Origin: Candidatus Marinacidobacterales bacterium
GTDB taxonomy: Bacteria > Acidobacteriota > Vicinamibacteria > Marinacidobacterales > DATDRI01
Direction: 5' to 3'
DNA: 64,000 nt
NCBI GenBank assembly: GCA_965222425.1
Contig: CBDCTW010000008.1
Span: forward strand, 178,248 to 242,247
Made by a program: the position numbers and the translations under genes. The notes under the pieces are model-generated. The model made no database searches. It was given only the letters and a program-made list of their open reading frames with translations, and had not been told where the DNA came from. Shown here in pieces: positions 21,413-31,725 of this stretch (position 1 is the stretch's first letter; every line of letters begins with the position of its first letter).

Positions 21413-22812
21413 GGTGATGTCTTAAGATTCCTGTCAAAGAAAAACGATGTATGGTTCCCCAAGCCCAAACCCGTCCCCGTCATGGGGACAGAAAAGGAGA
21501 ACCATACATCATGGGAAAGGTACTACCGAGTCAGCGATTGCTCAAGCAGTTCGAGGAACAACTGGTATTTGGGGAGATGAATCTCTCGGAGATCGTCCGG
21601 TCGGGAGCTCAGATGATGCTTCAATATGCGTTGGAGCGCGAGGTGACGGAGGCGTTGGGTCGAAATTACTATGAGAACGCTCCGGCAACGACGAAGGAGA
21701 AGGGACGACGCAACGGGTATGAGTCGCATCGGGTCCTCACGGGCGAGGGAGCGGTAACGGTGCAAGTGCCGCAGGTACGAGAAACAGAGAAGGTGTTTCA
21801 GTCAAAGATTCTCGACGCCTACGTGAGCCGGACCGAGAAACTCGATGAACTGATCGCGCGGATGTACGTCCACGGGATGTCGACGCGTGACATTGAGGCG
21901 ACGTTCGCGGACGTGCTGAGCGGCACGGGTGTCTCGAAGTCGGTGGTGAGCCGGGTCACACGGTGTCTGTCGGAGGATTTCGAGGCGTTTCGAAAACGGG
22001 ATCTCTCGAACGAGAAGCTGTTGTATCTCGAGCTCGACGGCACGTACCTGCGCTACCACCAAGGAGCGGAGAGGAAAGAGCCCATCCTCGTTGCGACCGG
22101 CTATCGCGCTGATGGGACGCGAGTTCTTCTTCATATCGGTGTCGGCAACCGAGAATCCTACGAGAACTGGAAGGGGTTCTTGCAGGAGATGGTGGCCCGA
22201 GGAATGAGGGAGCCGTTGCTCATCGTGACGGACGGGAATCCTGGAGTGCTCAAAGCGATCGCAGAGGTCTTCCCTCGAAGCCTCAAGCAACGTTGCCAGA
22301 AGCACCGCCTCGAGAACATCCTGGGCAAGGCTCCGAAGGAAGTGCGCGACGAACTCAAGGCGGCCATCCTTGAGTCGTTCCATGCGAACAGCTACGAGCA
22401 AGGGCTGAAGAAGGGTCGGGAGGTGATCGCTCGGTACCGCCAACGATTCCCGAGCGCGATGAAGTGCATGGAAGAGACCCTCGAAGCGTGTCTTCAGGCG
22501 CTGCGCCTTCCTGCGGCGCATCACAAAAGGCTTCGCACGTCGAATCTACTTGAGCGCACGTTCGGAGAGCACAAACGTCGCACAAAGGTCATTCCTCACT
22601 TCTTCACCGAGGAGGCCGCGATGAAACTCTCGTTCGCTGTGCTCTTGGCCGTCGCAAACAAATGGCGCGGCGTGAGGATGGATGTCTTCGCCGCTAGGAA
22701 AGTCGAGGAGCTTCGCAACGAGCTTCTCCCGCAAGGCACGTCGGAGGAATCAGCAGCTTAACCGAGCGCGGGGAACCGTACGAAGATTTGACAGGAAAAT
22801 TAAGACTTGACC
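21413..22812 (+). mobile_element. IS256-family insertion sequence, copy A (1400 bp).
   Basis: Inverted repeats GGTGATGTCTTAAGATTCCTGTCAAAG and TTGACAGGAAAATTAAGACTTGACC. Perfect 8-bp target duplication GAGGTATG at 21405-21412 and 22813-22820. Confidence 0.9.
21511..22761 (+). CDS. IS256-family (Mutator-type) transposase.
   Basis: MGKVLPSQRLLKQFEEQ...LYLELDGTYLRYHQG...LIVTDGNPGVLKAI...QRCQKHRLENILGKAP.... Confidence 0.9.
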   Translation: MGKVLPSQRLLKQFEEQLVFGEMNLSEIVRSGAQMMLQYALEREVTEALGRNYYENAPATTKEKGRRNGYESHRVLTGEGAVTVQVPQVRETEKVFQSKILDAYVSRTEKLDELIARMYVHGMSTRDIEATFADVLSGTGVSKSVVSRVTRCLSEDFEAFRKRDLSNEKLLYLELDGTYLRYHQGAERKEPILVATGYRADGTRVLLHIGVGNRESYENWKGFLQEMVARGMREPLLIVTDGNPGVLKAIAEVFPRSLKQRCQKHRLENILGKAPKEVRDELKAAILESFHANSYEQGLKKGREVIARYRQRFPSAMKCMEETLEACLQALRLPAAHHKRLRTSNLLERTFGEHKRRTKVIPHFFTEEAAMKLSFAVLLAVANKWRGVRMDVFAARKVEELRNELLPQGTSEESAA

Positions 22813-22827
22813 GAGGTATGTGCCGAA

Positions 22828-22990
22828 GGGTGCTTGCGCTGTTTGCTGTTGGTGATGTGTACGCATCCCTTTGCAAAAAAGGCGCTTACGCTCCATTTAG
22901 CGCGCAGCGAAGGTCGTGAGCGCTGTTTTGGCTGTAATTTAATGCACCGTAAAGTCCTAGCGTCATTTCACCAATACTTTACAATCTCCT
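22828..22990 (+). repeat. MITE-like repeat of about 170 bp, copy 1. The 3' end has diverged.
   Basis: GGTGCTTGCGCTGTTTGCTGTTGGTGATGTGTACGCATCCCTTTGCAAAAAAGGCGCTTACGCTCCATTTAGCGCGCAGCGAAGGTCGTGAGCGCTGTTTTGGCTGTAATTTAATGCA.... Inverse orientation relative to the copies at 30347 and 31559. Confidence 0.6.
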
Positions 22991-23083
22991 CGGGCACACG
23001 AGACGATTTTGACTCTTGTTCAGGGAGGGTGTTATCTAGCTTAATCGAAAGGAGTGGACATGGATCGCGGCAGTGAATGCACG

Positions 23084-23539
23084 ATGAGGCGACTTGTCAA
23101 GACGACACTGGTCATCACTCTGTGGGCCAGCTTTACCTTGCCATGTTTCGGAATGCCCGAGAGCGGAGCTCAGGGATCTGGGAACGACCTCCTCGGCGTC
23201 TGGAGCATGAAGACATACCATTTCCAGGGCGAAGACTACCCGGCCAAGGGGCTTCTTATATTTACGGAGAAGTACTTTTCTATCAACGTGAGCTTCCAGC
23301 TCGAAGAACGTGAGTTGGCGGATCTGACTGTCGACGTGGGAACATACACCATGGGGCCAGGGAACAAAGTGACGTACAAGGTGATGCTCGCCAGCGCCAT
23401 CCGTCCCGGTGACAAGGCTTCCCCAATTCAGCAACCCCCGACAGGCGAGCCGGAGACCGGAACGTACGCGCTTGACGGGGACAAGTTGACGCTTACCTTC
23501 GTCACGGGCAACTGGTTTGTTGCCGAACGGCTCGAATAG
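23084..23539 (+). CDS. Lipocalin-like domain protein with a signal peptide.
   Basis: MRRLVKTTLVITLWASFTLPCFG...LLGVWSMKTYHFQGEDYP.... Confidence 0.5.
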   Translation: MRRLVKTTLVITLWASFTLPCFGMPESGAQGSGNDLLGVWSMKTYHFQGEDYPAKGLLIFTEKYFSINVSFQLEERELADLTVDVGTYTMGPGNKVTYKVMLASAIRPGDKASPIQQPPTGEPETGTYALDGDKLTLTFVTGNWFVAERLE

Positions 23540-23557
23540 CGTGGAACCGAAGCTTAG

Positions 23558-25351
23558 TTGAGTGGCGCGCGTCCTTTCGTCAGCCTTGATGTGCCAAGCT
23601 TCGCGCTTGTCGAAAAAGGAAAGAGTCCCGTGCGCCAGCAACGTATCACAATGTCTTTCTTGATTTTCGGCCTTGCCGCTTGCGGCAATCCGGGTTTGCC
23701 TGATTCTGGTGCCAAGTGGGATGCATTCACCGACCGCACGCTGGAAGAGTACTTCGAGGCAAATCCACCTTTTGCCGTTCAGGCGGGTCGCCATGATTTC
23801 GATGGGAGGCTGCCCGACTGGAGCGAAGCGGGCCTGCGTTCGGAGATCGAACGGCTTCACGCTGCGCGTGATGAGTGCGAACGTTTCGACACGAAATCGT
23901 TGAATGAAGAACGGCGTTTCGAGCGCGAGAATCTTCTCGCCGCCATCGATCTCAGCCTCTTCTGGATCGAACGCGCCGAATCTCCATGGAAAAATCCGGA
24001 TTTTTACATCGGCTTCGGGTTGCTTGGTCCGGGTCTGTCACCCGACGTCTATCTCACCCGGCCCTACGCGTCCCTTACCGATCGGATGCGCGCCTACGTG
24101 AAGTGGGCACGCGCGGTGCCGCAGGCGGTGGAGCAAGCGCGCACCAATCTCCGAACGCCACTGCCCCGTACCTACATTGACATCGGGCATACGCGTTACG
24201 ATGGGCTGGTCACTTATCTCCGTGACGATGTACCCGGTGTATTCGCCGAGGTCGAGGACGACGCACTGCAACAAGAGTTCACCGACGCCAACGCGGCGGC
24301 CGCATCCGCCTTTGCGGCGCTGGACGAGTGGCTGCTTGCGCAACAGCCAGAGCAGACCGAAGACTTCGCGCTAGGGACCGATCTCTTCCGCGAAATGCTT
24401 TGGGCCACCGAGCGTGTCGACGTGCCGCTCGAAGAGCTGGAAGCAATTGGTCGCCGAGATCTTGAGCGCAATCGGCAGGCGCTCGATGAGGCCTGTGCCG
24501 CGTTTGCACCCGGCAAGAGCATCGCCGAGTGTTTCGATCTAATGGCTGCGAACAAACCGGAAAGTGGGGCGGTGGAAGCAGCCCGACGGCAGCTCAATGA
24601 CTTGGAGGCCTTCGTGCGTGAGCAGAACCTGGCGGGCATACCCGGTACCGAGAAAGCTCACGTAGAAGAGGCGCCCCTTCATCAGCGAGGTAACTTCGCG
24701 TATATCGATATCGCCGGCCCCTTTGAGGAAGGGCTGCCCTCTGTCTATTACATCGCCCCGCCCGACCCCAACTGGCCTTTGGAAGAGCAACGCGCCTATG
24801 TGCCGGGTATAGCAGATCTCCTGTTCACCAGCGTTCACGAGGTGTGGCCCGGTCACTTTTTGCAGTTCCTACATTCAAACAGGGTCGATTCTCTGATAGG
24901 TCGCGTCTTCGTCGGCTACGCGTTTGCCGAAGGATGGGCCCATTATACCGAGGAGCTGATGTGGGAGACTGGTTACGGCGAGGGAAGCCCGGAGACTCAT
25001 ATCGGCCAGCTATCCAATGCCCTCCTACGCAACGTGCGGTTCCTTTCCGCAATTGGGCTTCACACAGGCCGCATGAGCGTCGACGAGTCGGAGGCATTGT
25101 TCCGCGATGCCGCGTTTCAGGACCCCGGGACTGCACGGCAACAGGCGGCTCGAGGGACGTACGATCCTGCGTACCTGAACTACACCATGGGCAAGCTGAT
25201 GATCCGGAATCTGCGCGAGGACTGGACGGCGTCCCGAGGAGGGCGCGCAGGTTGGAACGCTTTCCACAATGCCTTCCTGTCTTTCGGCGGTCCGCCGATC
25301 CCATTGGTGCGGCACGCGATGATGGGCGGGGAGTCCGGCGACCTGTTCTGA
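23558..25351 (+). CDS. DUF885-family protein, probably a lipoprotein. The true start is probably the ATG at about 23651 (MSFLIFGLAACGN).
   Basis: Conserved HEVWPGHFLQ...GYAFAEGWAHY motif of DUF885. Confidence 0.65.
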   Translation: MSGARPFVSLDVPSFALVEKGKSPVRQQRITMSFLIFGLAACGNPGLPDSGAKWDAFTDRTLEEYFEANPPFAVQAGRHDFDGRLPDWSEAGLRSEIERLHAARDECERFDTKSLNEERRFERENLLAAIDLSLFWIERAESPWKNPDFYIGFGLLGPGLSPDVYLTRPYASLTDRMRAYVKWARAVPQAVEQARTNLRTPLPRTYIDIGHTRYDGLVTYLRDDVPGVFAEVEDDALQQEFTDANAAAASAFAALDEWLLAQQPEQTEDFALGTDLFREMLWATERVDVPLEELEAIGRRDLERNRQALDEACAAFAPGKSIAECFDLMAANKPESGAVEAARRQLNDLEAFVREQNLAGIPGTEKAHVEEAPLHQRGNFAYIDIAGPFEEGLPSVYYIAPPDPNWPLEEQRAYVPGIADLLFTSVHEVWPGHFLQFLHSNRVDSLIGRVFVGYAFAEGWAHYTEELMWETGYGEGSPETHIGQLSNALLRNVRFLSAIGLHTGRMSVDESEALFRDAAFQDPGTARQQAARGTYDPAYLNYTMGKLMIRNLREDWTASRGGRAGWNAFHNAFLSFGGPPIPLVRHAMMGGESGDLF

Positions 25352-25544
25352 GTCAGATCCAAGGACTGCCGCGAAGGTCGCTTGTGATCCGCAAAAAAGA
25401 AGATCGCGAATTGACGGGCAGACAGCCATGGGAGTTGAGGTCCTGCGAACTCGTGTTCGCCTCGGTGGAGGTTCTGCACTTTGTCGCTGCCGGGCCACCG
25501 ACGCAATAACGTGCCCGAGAAAGAACGCGTTGTTCCCCGCGGGA

Positions 25545-25620
25545 AGCTCGTCCTGTGCCAAAACTCGGCCCATTTGAAATAGACCATAAATCAGCAGCTT
25601 AGTGTCTGTGTTTCCGACTG
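25545..25620 (+). repeat. Solo ISx left-end fragment.
   Basis: GTCCTGTGCCAAAACTCGGCCCATTTGAAATAGACCATAAATCAGCAGCTTAGTGTCTGTGTTTCCGAC. Confidence 0.7.
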
Positions 25621-25711
25621 GGCAGCGAGTTGCGATCTTCTTTATTGCGGACGACAGCCGGTCTGATCTCCACCTTCGGCCAGCCCGGCGCGGATCGCCT
25701 ATAATCCGGCC

Positions 25712-26203
25712 ATGCGCTCATTGCTGAAGATTGCCCTTGGCATTGCCGCACTAGTCGTGGCGTTCGGGGCCGGGTGGCTCGTCGCGATCACCGGCACCGG
25801 TCAAGCCATCCCCCTGGAGTCACTCTCGGAACTCGAGCGGGGGTTCGCCGAGCGGATGCAGAACGTGGTGCTTACCGGCCACTACACGCTCAAAGGCCGT
25901 AAGCGTCGCGACGACAAGCCGGAACGCTACGAGATCACCAGAGTGGCAAAGGTCGGCGAGCACCGTTGGCGGTTCGACGTTCACATGACCTACGGGAGTG
26001 TCGACATGACGCTGCCGGTCGTCGTGCCCATCCGGTGGGCGGGTGATACCCCCATAGTCACCATTACGGACATGGTCATCCCAGGGCTCGACGGTACCTT
26101 CACGGCGCGGGTCATGTTTTACGCGGAACGGTACGCTGGCAGCTGGCAGCACGTCGAGTACGGTGGGCTCATGTACGGCACGATCGCGCCGCTGAGCGAC
26201 TAA
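25712..26203 (+). CDS. Hypothetical protein with an N-terminal transmembrane anchor.
   Basis: MRSLLKIALGIAALVVAFGAGWLVAITG.... No recognisable family. Confidence 0.35.
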   Translation: MRSLLKIALGIAALVVAFGAGWLVAITGTGQAIPLESLSELERGFAERMQNVVLTGHYTLKGRKRRDDKPERYEITRVAKVGEHRWRFDVHMTYGSVDMTLPVVVPIRWAGDTPIVTITDMVIPGLDGTFTARVMFYAERYAGSWQHVEYGGLMYGTIAPLSD

Positions 26204-26303
26204 GATGAATTTGCTGCTGCATTGAATGGACAGATGCCGCAGTTGATTACTTGCGGGGGCTGTTCGACGTTCCCGACGCGCTGCGTCGTGCTCCGCTGCG
26301 AAG

Positions 26304-27655
26304 CGCGTCCTGTCCGAAAACGCGAACGGAGCGGCAAGGTCGAATCCTAGAGGCGTTCTCAAAATTCGCGGAGACCAGCCGACGCGGTACTGGCTCTGCG
26401 ATAGGCGACCCCGAGCAGACCTCTCCTGCAGACCATCCGTTCCGTCCAACTGGCGCGCCCGAACTCCTATGCGGCGTCGCGGTGGTAATAGCTGAGCAAG
26501 CCGCCCAATCGCTTACGACATCGCACCTTCCCGTGAGGACTGCCGACGCATTCTTCCGCTTCGAGCAACGCGTTCCCGAGCCCTTGATGGTTGCGCTTTC
26601 CGTGATAATGATGGATGAACTCAGCGACGGCACGGCGCAGCGATGGCTCACTGAAGAAGATCATCCGCTCCAAGCACTCGCTCTTGATCGACAAAACAAA
26701 CCTTTCGACGTAAGCGTTCAGATTCGGAGAACGGTGCGGCAGCCGAATGACGTCCGTTCCGGCGTGCTCGAGCAAATCGCGAAACTCCGTGGTGAACTTC
26801 TTGTCGCGGTCCACGACGAGGAATCGCTTGCCGCGCAGAAAGCCGTCGAATGGGTCGGTGAGATTCCGACCGACCTGCATCATGAACGGGCCATCCGGCC
26901 CCGGAGTGATTCCGGCAATGTGTACTTTTCGCGAAGACAGCTCGATGACGACGAGCACATAGTAGGTCACGAGCCTGCGAACTGTGGCGACCTCGACGGT
27001 GAAGAAGTCGGTCGCCGCAACGGTTTCCCAATGGGCGGCGAGAAACGTGCGCCATGGCGTTCGCTCACTTCGCTCCGGCGCAGGCTCGATGCCATGTTCT
27101 CGCAGAATATTGGCGATGGTGCTCCTGGCTACCGCATGGCCGAGATTCAACAGGGCGCCGCGAATGCGTGTATACCCCCACCTCGGATTCGACTTCGCCA
27201 TCCCTACGACGAGCTTGCTAATCTCGGCCATGACCCGGGGCCGTCCGGGCTGTTTCCGCCGCTCGCTGTAGTCCCACTTCCGCGCAATCAGCCTTTGGTG
27301 CCAAGCCAGCAGGGTTTCCGGTGTGACGATACCGGCGACTTCTGCCAAGAGTTTCCGACCAAGCGCCTTACCCTTTACCGCCAGCCGACGTCGCTCGTCG
27401 TCTGTGAGACGAAGCTTCCTCCCGCAAAGCCGAGCTTTGAGGACTTTGTTCTCCTCGAGCAAGTAGACCATAGCGGCCTGTTGGTCACGCTGGAGCCAAC
27501 CAGCGATGGCGACGACCAACAAGGTCAAGGGCTGGACCGGCGTGCTCATGATCGAGAATTCTAGCTCCCATTGGCCAATCAAGCGTAGATACGTCTATTC
27601 CGAAACGTCCCGGCGAGCTGGTCTTGAGTTCGTTTGTATTTTTGGACACGACGCG
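26304..27655 (-). mobile_element. IS481-like insertion sequence, family D (about 1.35 kb).
   Basis: Ends CGCGTCCTGTCCGAAAACGCGAACGGAGC... and ...GTTCGTTTGTATTTTTGGACACGACGCG are imperfect inverted repeats. Single transposase ORF. Confidence 0.65.
26467..27582 (-). CDS. Transposase with helix-turn-helix and rve integrase-core domains (IS481-like).
   Basis: ...VYLLEENKVLKARLCGRKLRLTDDERRRLAVKGKALG...LVVDRDKKFTTEFRDLLEHAGTDVIRLPHRSPNLNAYVERFVLSIKSECL.... Confidence 0.75.
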   Translation of the reverse strand: MIGQWELEFSIMSTPVQPLTLLVVAIAGWLQRDQQAAMVYLLEENKVLKARLCGRKLRLTDDERRRLAVKGKALGRKLLAEVAGIVTPETLLAWHQRLIARKWDYSERRKQPGRPRVMAEISKLVVGMAKSNPRWGYTRIRGALLNLGHAVARSTIANILREHGIEPAPERSERTPWRTFLAAHWETVAATDFFTVEVATVRRLVTYYVLVVIELSSRKVHIAGITPGPDGPFMMQVGRNLTDPFDGFLRGKRFLVVDRDKKFTTEFRDLLEHAGTDVIRLPHRSPNLNAYVERFVLSIKSECLERMIFFSEPSLRRAVAEFIHHYHGKRNHQGLGNALLEAEECVGSPHGKVRCRKRLGGLLSYYHRDAA

Positions 27656-27762
27656 TACGCCGATGTCATCTATGTCTCCAAGAGGACTCCTAAGGAGACG
27701 GAAGCGTGCGGGCCGAAGGCCACAACCCGGACCACCGCATTGATGAGCTAGAGAGACGAGCT

Positions 27763-29493
27763 TCACTCGGGCTCCTTCTTGAACAGACGAGCCGCAGCTT
27801 CAATCGCTTCTCGATCGCCCACCAGCACGACCGCATCTCCGGCACGGAAGCCGAACGCCGGATCGCGTCGGTAGAGGGTTTTTCCCGAGCGCACGACGGC
27901 GATGACGATCGCCCCGGTGACTCTCCGCAAATTCAGCGATGTGGAATTCTCGCCGAGTGCCGCGGCCCCGTCCTCGACTTCGACGACGTCGAGCGCTCCG
28001 TGGATGCCGAGGTGGCGCAGCGCGTCGAGCTTCAGGTCGGCGAGAGAGCCTTCCCGAAGCACCCTATAGTGCTCGTTGCGAACCGCATCCAGCTCACGAT
28101 GGATGGTGTTGGTCGGAATTTCGTAGAACTCCAGAATACGGGCGAACAGCTCGAGCGTTGCCTCGAACTCCTCGACCACGACTTCCGTTGCGCCGAGACG
28201 CATGAGCTCGTCGATCGCCGCCACGTACCGGGTGCGCACCAGGATGCGTGCCGAGGGATTGAGTCGGTGCGCGTTCGCGACGCCCCGGCGCTCCTGCGTC
28301 GGATCGGCGATGGCGAAGACCACCGCCCGCGCGTTGGTGATCCCGACTTTCTCCAGTACGGCCTGTCGCGTTCCATCGCCAAAAAGGACACGATCTCCCT
28401 CCTCTCGCCCTCGGCGTACCGCCTCGCCGTTCTGTTCGAGAACCACGTAGGTGAGACCGGAGGCGCGAAGGACACGGGCCAGGTGCTGTCCGCTCAAGCC
28501 GTAGCCCACGATGATGGCGTGGTCGTGGAGGTTGGCGAACTCCACCTGCTCCGCGGGGTCGAGCGAGACTTCCGGGATACGCAACAACCGGGACAGTCGC
28601 TCCGTCACCGGTCGAGCCCCCGCGACGAGAAAAGGCGTCAGCATCATCGTCAGCACCGACGACGCGATGAACAGTTGATAATGATGGTCGACGAAGAGGT
28701 CCAGCGGGGCGGCGACGCTTGCGAGAATAAAAGAGAACTCTCCCACCTGAGCCAGAGAGATCCCGCTGATCAGACTGGTCCGAAAGCCGCGCCTCAAGGT
28801 GAGCACCGCACCGGTGGTCATCGCGATCTTGAGGAGCAGAATCGCAACGGCCGCACCCAAAACGAGGACCGGCCGAGAGCCCACGAATCCGATATCGAGA
28901 AGCATGCCGACCGAGATGAAGAAAATCCCGCTGAACGTGTCTCGAAAAGGGCGAACGTCCGAAACGGCCTGGAGTCCATACTCCGATTCTGAGATCACCA
29001 GCCCCGCGAGGAAGGTTCCGAGCGCAAGGGATAGACCGAAACTCGCGGTCACGAACGCGGCTCCGACTCCGACGAACGCAACGCATAACGTAAAGAGCTC
29101 CCTGTTCTTCAAGAGGACGACTCGATCCAGGATCCAAGGAACGGCGACCCGTCCCGCCAGCATCAGGACGGCCACCACCAGCAGGCTCGTCGCAACCTCC
29201 GCCCAGAGGCCCACCAGTGGACCCGAGCCCACCTGCGCGAAGACGGGAACGAGGAGCATCAACGGCACCACGCAGATGTCTTGAAAGAGCAGGATCGACA
29301 CCACCACGCGCCCCGGCGGGCTATCCAGCTCGACTCGGTCCGCGTAGAGCTTCAGAACGATCGCCGTCGAGGAAAGAGCAACGAGCGATCCGTAGAACAT
29401 CGCACGATTCCAGGGAGCCTCGAGCCACACGCTCACCGCGATCGCCGCCGCGACGAGGGTGCCCGCCACCTGCAGAACCCCTCCCTGGAGCAC
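27763..29493 (-). pseudogene. CPA2-family cation:proton antiporter (KefB-like) with a C-terminal TrkA/RCK domain, truncated at the 5' end.
   Basis: The ORF begins mid-membrane-domain (...ALSSTAIVLKLYADRVELDSPPGRVVVSILLFQDICVVPLMLL...) and the first helices are missing. An ISx end fragment abuts at 29505. Confidence 0.6.
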
Positions 29494-29504
29494 GAGGCGC
29501 CCCC

Positions 29505-29590
29505 GTCCTGTGCCAAAACTCGGCCTTTTTTAAATAGCCCATAATTCAGCTGCTTAGTGTCTGTGTTTGCGACCGGGCCAAGGGCGGCAA
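29505..29590 (+). repeat. Solo ISx left-end fragment.
   Basis: CCCCGTCCTGTGCCAAAACTCGGCCTTTTTTAAATAGCCCATAATTCAGCTGCTTAGTGTCTGTGTTTGCGACCGGGCCAAGGGCGG. Confidence 0.7.
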
Positions 29591-29800
29591 TGCGCCTTCC
29601 GACCGGACAGGCAAGCGCCGAGCCGCTCCAGGAACGTTGCAGAGTGTATAATATTTAGTATATGCTATATAATGTGGCCGGCTTCGGTACTCACGTTCGG
29701 AAGCTGAGGGAGGCTAAACGAGAGAAGGACTCGCAGTATTCAGTAACTCCTCGCCGTGCCCCACTGGAGCGGGTTGGAACGTCGCGATTCGGAGGAGAAG

Positions 29801-30343
29801 CTACGCAGCGGAGTTGTCGCGTAGGGCGTCGGGGAGTAACACGGTTCCTGGCTGGTTGATGGCGGCGTAGGCCGCTTCGAGCATGTAGGCCCTGGGGTCG
29901 ACGTTCTGAAGCTTCGCGGTCTCGCGCAGGGTGTAGAACAGCGCTGCGACGTCGGTTCCGCGTTTCGATCGACTGCCGTAGTGGTTTTTGCGACCGACGA
30001 CAGGTCCCCTCAGGGCGCGCTCGGCGTGATTGTTGTCAAGCCAGACGAGAGGGTTTTCGGCGAACAGCGTGAGTGTTTCCCATCTCTCCAGCATGTAGCG
30101 GACCGCCTTGTCGAAGTCGCTTCGCGGCAATCCTCTTCGGCTCTCGCCCCATTGCCGAATCGCTTTCGAGATCCGCTGCGAACGTTGCTTGCGTAAACGA
30201 AGTCTCAGTTTCTGAGCTTTTTCATCGCCGGGAAACGGACCCGGGACCTCGCGTTCGACTTCGTACAGCTCTCCGATCAAACGAAGCACTTCGGAGCAAG
30301 CTTGCGGGTAGTGCTCGCTGGCTTCGTCGAACTTTCTTTTCAC
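29801..30343 (-). pseudogene. C-terminal fragment of an IS66-family transposase.
   Basis: ...LVWLDNNHAERALRGPVVGRKNHYGSRSKRGTDVAALFYTLRETAKLQNVDPRAYML.... Confidence 0.6.
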
Positions 30344-30346
30344 GTG

Positions 30347-30624
30347 GGTGCTTCCGCCATCAAGTGTTGGTGAGATAGCGCTAAGACGTTACAGTGCATT
30401 AAATTACAGCCAATATTGCGCTCGCGACCTTCGCTGCGCGCTAAATGGAGCGTAAGCGGGTGCTTCCGCCATTAAGTGTTGGTGAGATGACGCTAAGACG
30501 TTACGCTGCATTAAATTACAGCCAAAATAGCGCTCACGACCTTCGCCGCGCGCTAAATGGAGCGTAAGCGCTTTTTTTGCAAAGAGATACGTACACATCA
30601 CCAACAGCAAACAGCGCAAGCACC
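30347..30624 (+). repeat. MITE-like 170-bp repeat as a tandem of 1.6 units. It ends 13 bp upstream of the GATase ATG.
   Basis: Unit 1 at 30347-30456 is 3'-truncated. Unit 2 at 30457-30624 is full length, GGGTGCTTCCGCCATTAAGTGTTGGTGAGATG...CATCACCAACAGCAAACAGCGCAAGCACC. Confidence 0.65.
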
Positions 30625-30636
30625 GGATGTGACTCA

Positions 30637-31341
30637 ATGAGAGCTCATTACTTGCAGCACGTTCCATTCGAAGGACTCGGCAGCATCGAGTCATGGCTCC
30701 GGTCAGCCCGATATGAGCTAACACACACGCCGTTCTTCGAATCAACCGATCTGCCTGCCGCCCGGGATGTCGACTTCGTGATCGTGATGGGCGGCCTTAT
30801 GAGCGTGAACGATGAGACCAAGCATCCCTGGCTGGTGGACGAAAAACGTTTCATTCGCGATTGCATCCAGACGGGAAAGCCGGTTCTGGGCGTGTGTCTC
30901 GGGGCCCAGCTGATTGCCAGCGCTATGGGTGCGAAGGTTTATCCGAACCCCGCGAAGGAGATTGGCTGGTTCCCCGTCTACGCGGTGTCCGCGGAGAACG
31001 AGTTCGGCTTGCCGTCCTCTATGGATGTGTTCCACTGGCACGGCGAGACGTTCGATTTGCCGCATGGTGCGCGATTGCTGGCCAGGAGCGAAGCCTGTGA
31101 AAACCAGGCGTTCCAGTTTGGAAACCGTGTGCTGGGGCTTCAGTTTCATCTGGAAACCACACCCGAAGCGGCCCGTCAGCTTGTCGAGCACTGTCGAGGA
31201 GAGCTGCTGCCGTCAAAGTACGTTCAGTCCGAAGGGGAAATTCTTGCCGCACCGGCCGAAAGGTATCAGACGATCAACAATCTGATGGGTCAAATACTGT
31301 CCCGACTGCATGGTTCGAACGGTACTGACCTTGCCCCCTAA
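30637..31341 (+). CDS. Class-I (type 1) glutamine amidotransferase-like protein.
   Basis: ...VIVMGGLMSVNDETKHPWLVDEKRFIRDCIQTGKPVLGVCLGAQLIASAMGAKVY...FHWHGETFDLPHGA.... ATG at 30637. Confidence 0.65.
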   Translation: MRAHYLQHVPFEGLGSIESWLRSARYELTHTPFFESTDLPAARDVDFVIVMGGLMSVNDETKHPWLVDEKRFIRDCIQTGKPVLGVCLGAQLIASAMGAKVYPNPAKEIGWFPVYAVSAENEFGLPSSMDVFHWHGETFDLPHGARLLARSEACENQAFQFGNRVLGLQFHLETTPEAARQLVEHCRGELLPSKYVQSEGEILAAPAERYQTINNLMGQILSRLHGSNGTDLAP

Positions 31342-31342
31342 C

Positions 31343-31558
31343 TGAACCGCCCCGGGTTTTCCCGGAGACTGTTTTAGTTGAGTCCGGCCTCAGCGAGGCC
31401 GGACCGTCCACAAAGCCGAGCCTTGGGGACTCTATTCTCCGCGAGCAAGTAAACGATAGCGGCCTGTTGGTCGCGCTGGAGCCAACCAGTGATGGCGACG
31501 ACCAACAAGGTCAAGGGCTGGACCGGCGTCCTCATGACCGGGGATTCTAGCTCCCATT
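31343..31558 (-). repeat. IS debris. An IS3 (family A) right-end fragment lies at about 31343-31385. It is followed by a 5' fragment of a family-D-like transposase gene in reverse orientation at about 31395-31558.
   Basis: TGAACCGCCCCGGGTTTTCCCGGAGACTGTTTTAGTTGAG is the reverse complement of the IS3 right end. The following segment ...GTCAAGGGCTGGACCGGCG...CTAGCTCCCATTGG aligns to 27420-27560. Confidence 0.55.
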
Positions 31559-31725
31559 GGGTGCTTCCGCCATCAAGTGTTGGTGAGATGACGCTAAGAC
31601 TTTACAGTGCATTAAGTTACAGCCAAAATAGCACTCGTGACCTTCGCTGCGCGCTAAATAGAGCGTAAGCGCCTTTTTTGCAAAGGGATGCGTACACATT
31701 ACCAACAGTAAACAGCGCAAGCACC
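31559..31725 (+). repeat. MITE-like 170-bp repeat, complete copy. It is followed by a 13-bp ISx terminus fragment (GCACAGGACGGGG) and then the lgt start.
   Basis: GGTGCTTCCGCCATCAAGTGTTGGTGAGATG...TTACCAACAGTAAACAGCGCAAGCACC. Confidence 0.65.

Noticed and set aside
29620-29700. AT-rich stretch GTGTATAATATTTAGTATATGCTATATAATGTGG, considered as a promoter or an IS66 terminus
   Set aside because: It contains TATAAT-like hexamers. However, it lies downstream of the IS66 transposase fragment on the coding strand, and no matching inverted repeat was found. It cannot be assigned.
30347-30624. Tandem repeats that could be a CRISPR array
   Set aside because: There are only 1.6 units of a 170-bp element with terminal inverted repeats. 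There are no short regular spacers and no cas genes. The same unit occurs dispersed at other sites, so it is MITE-like.
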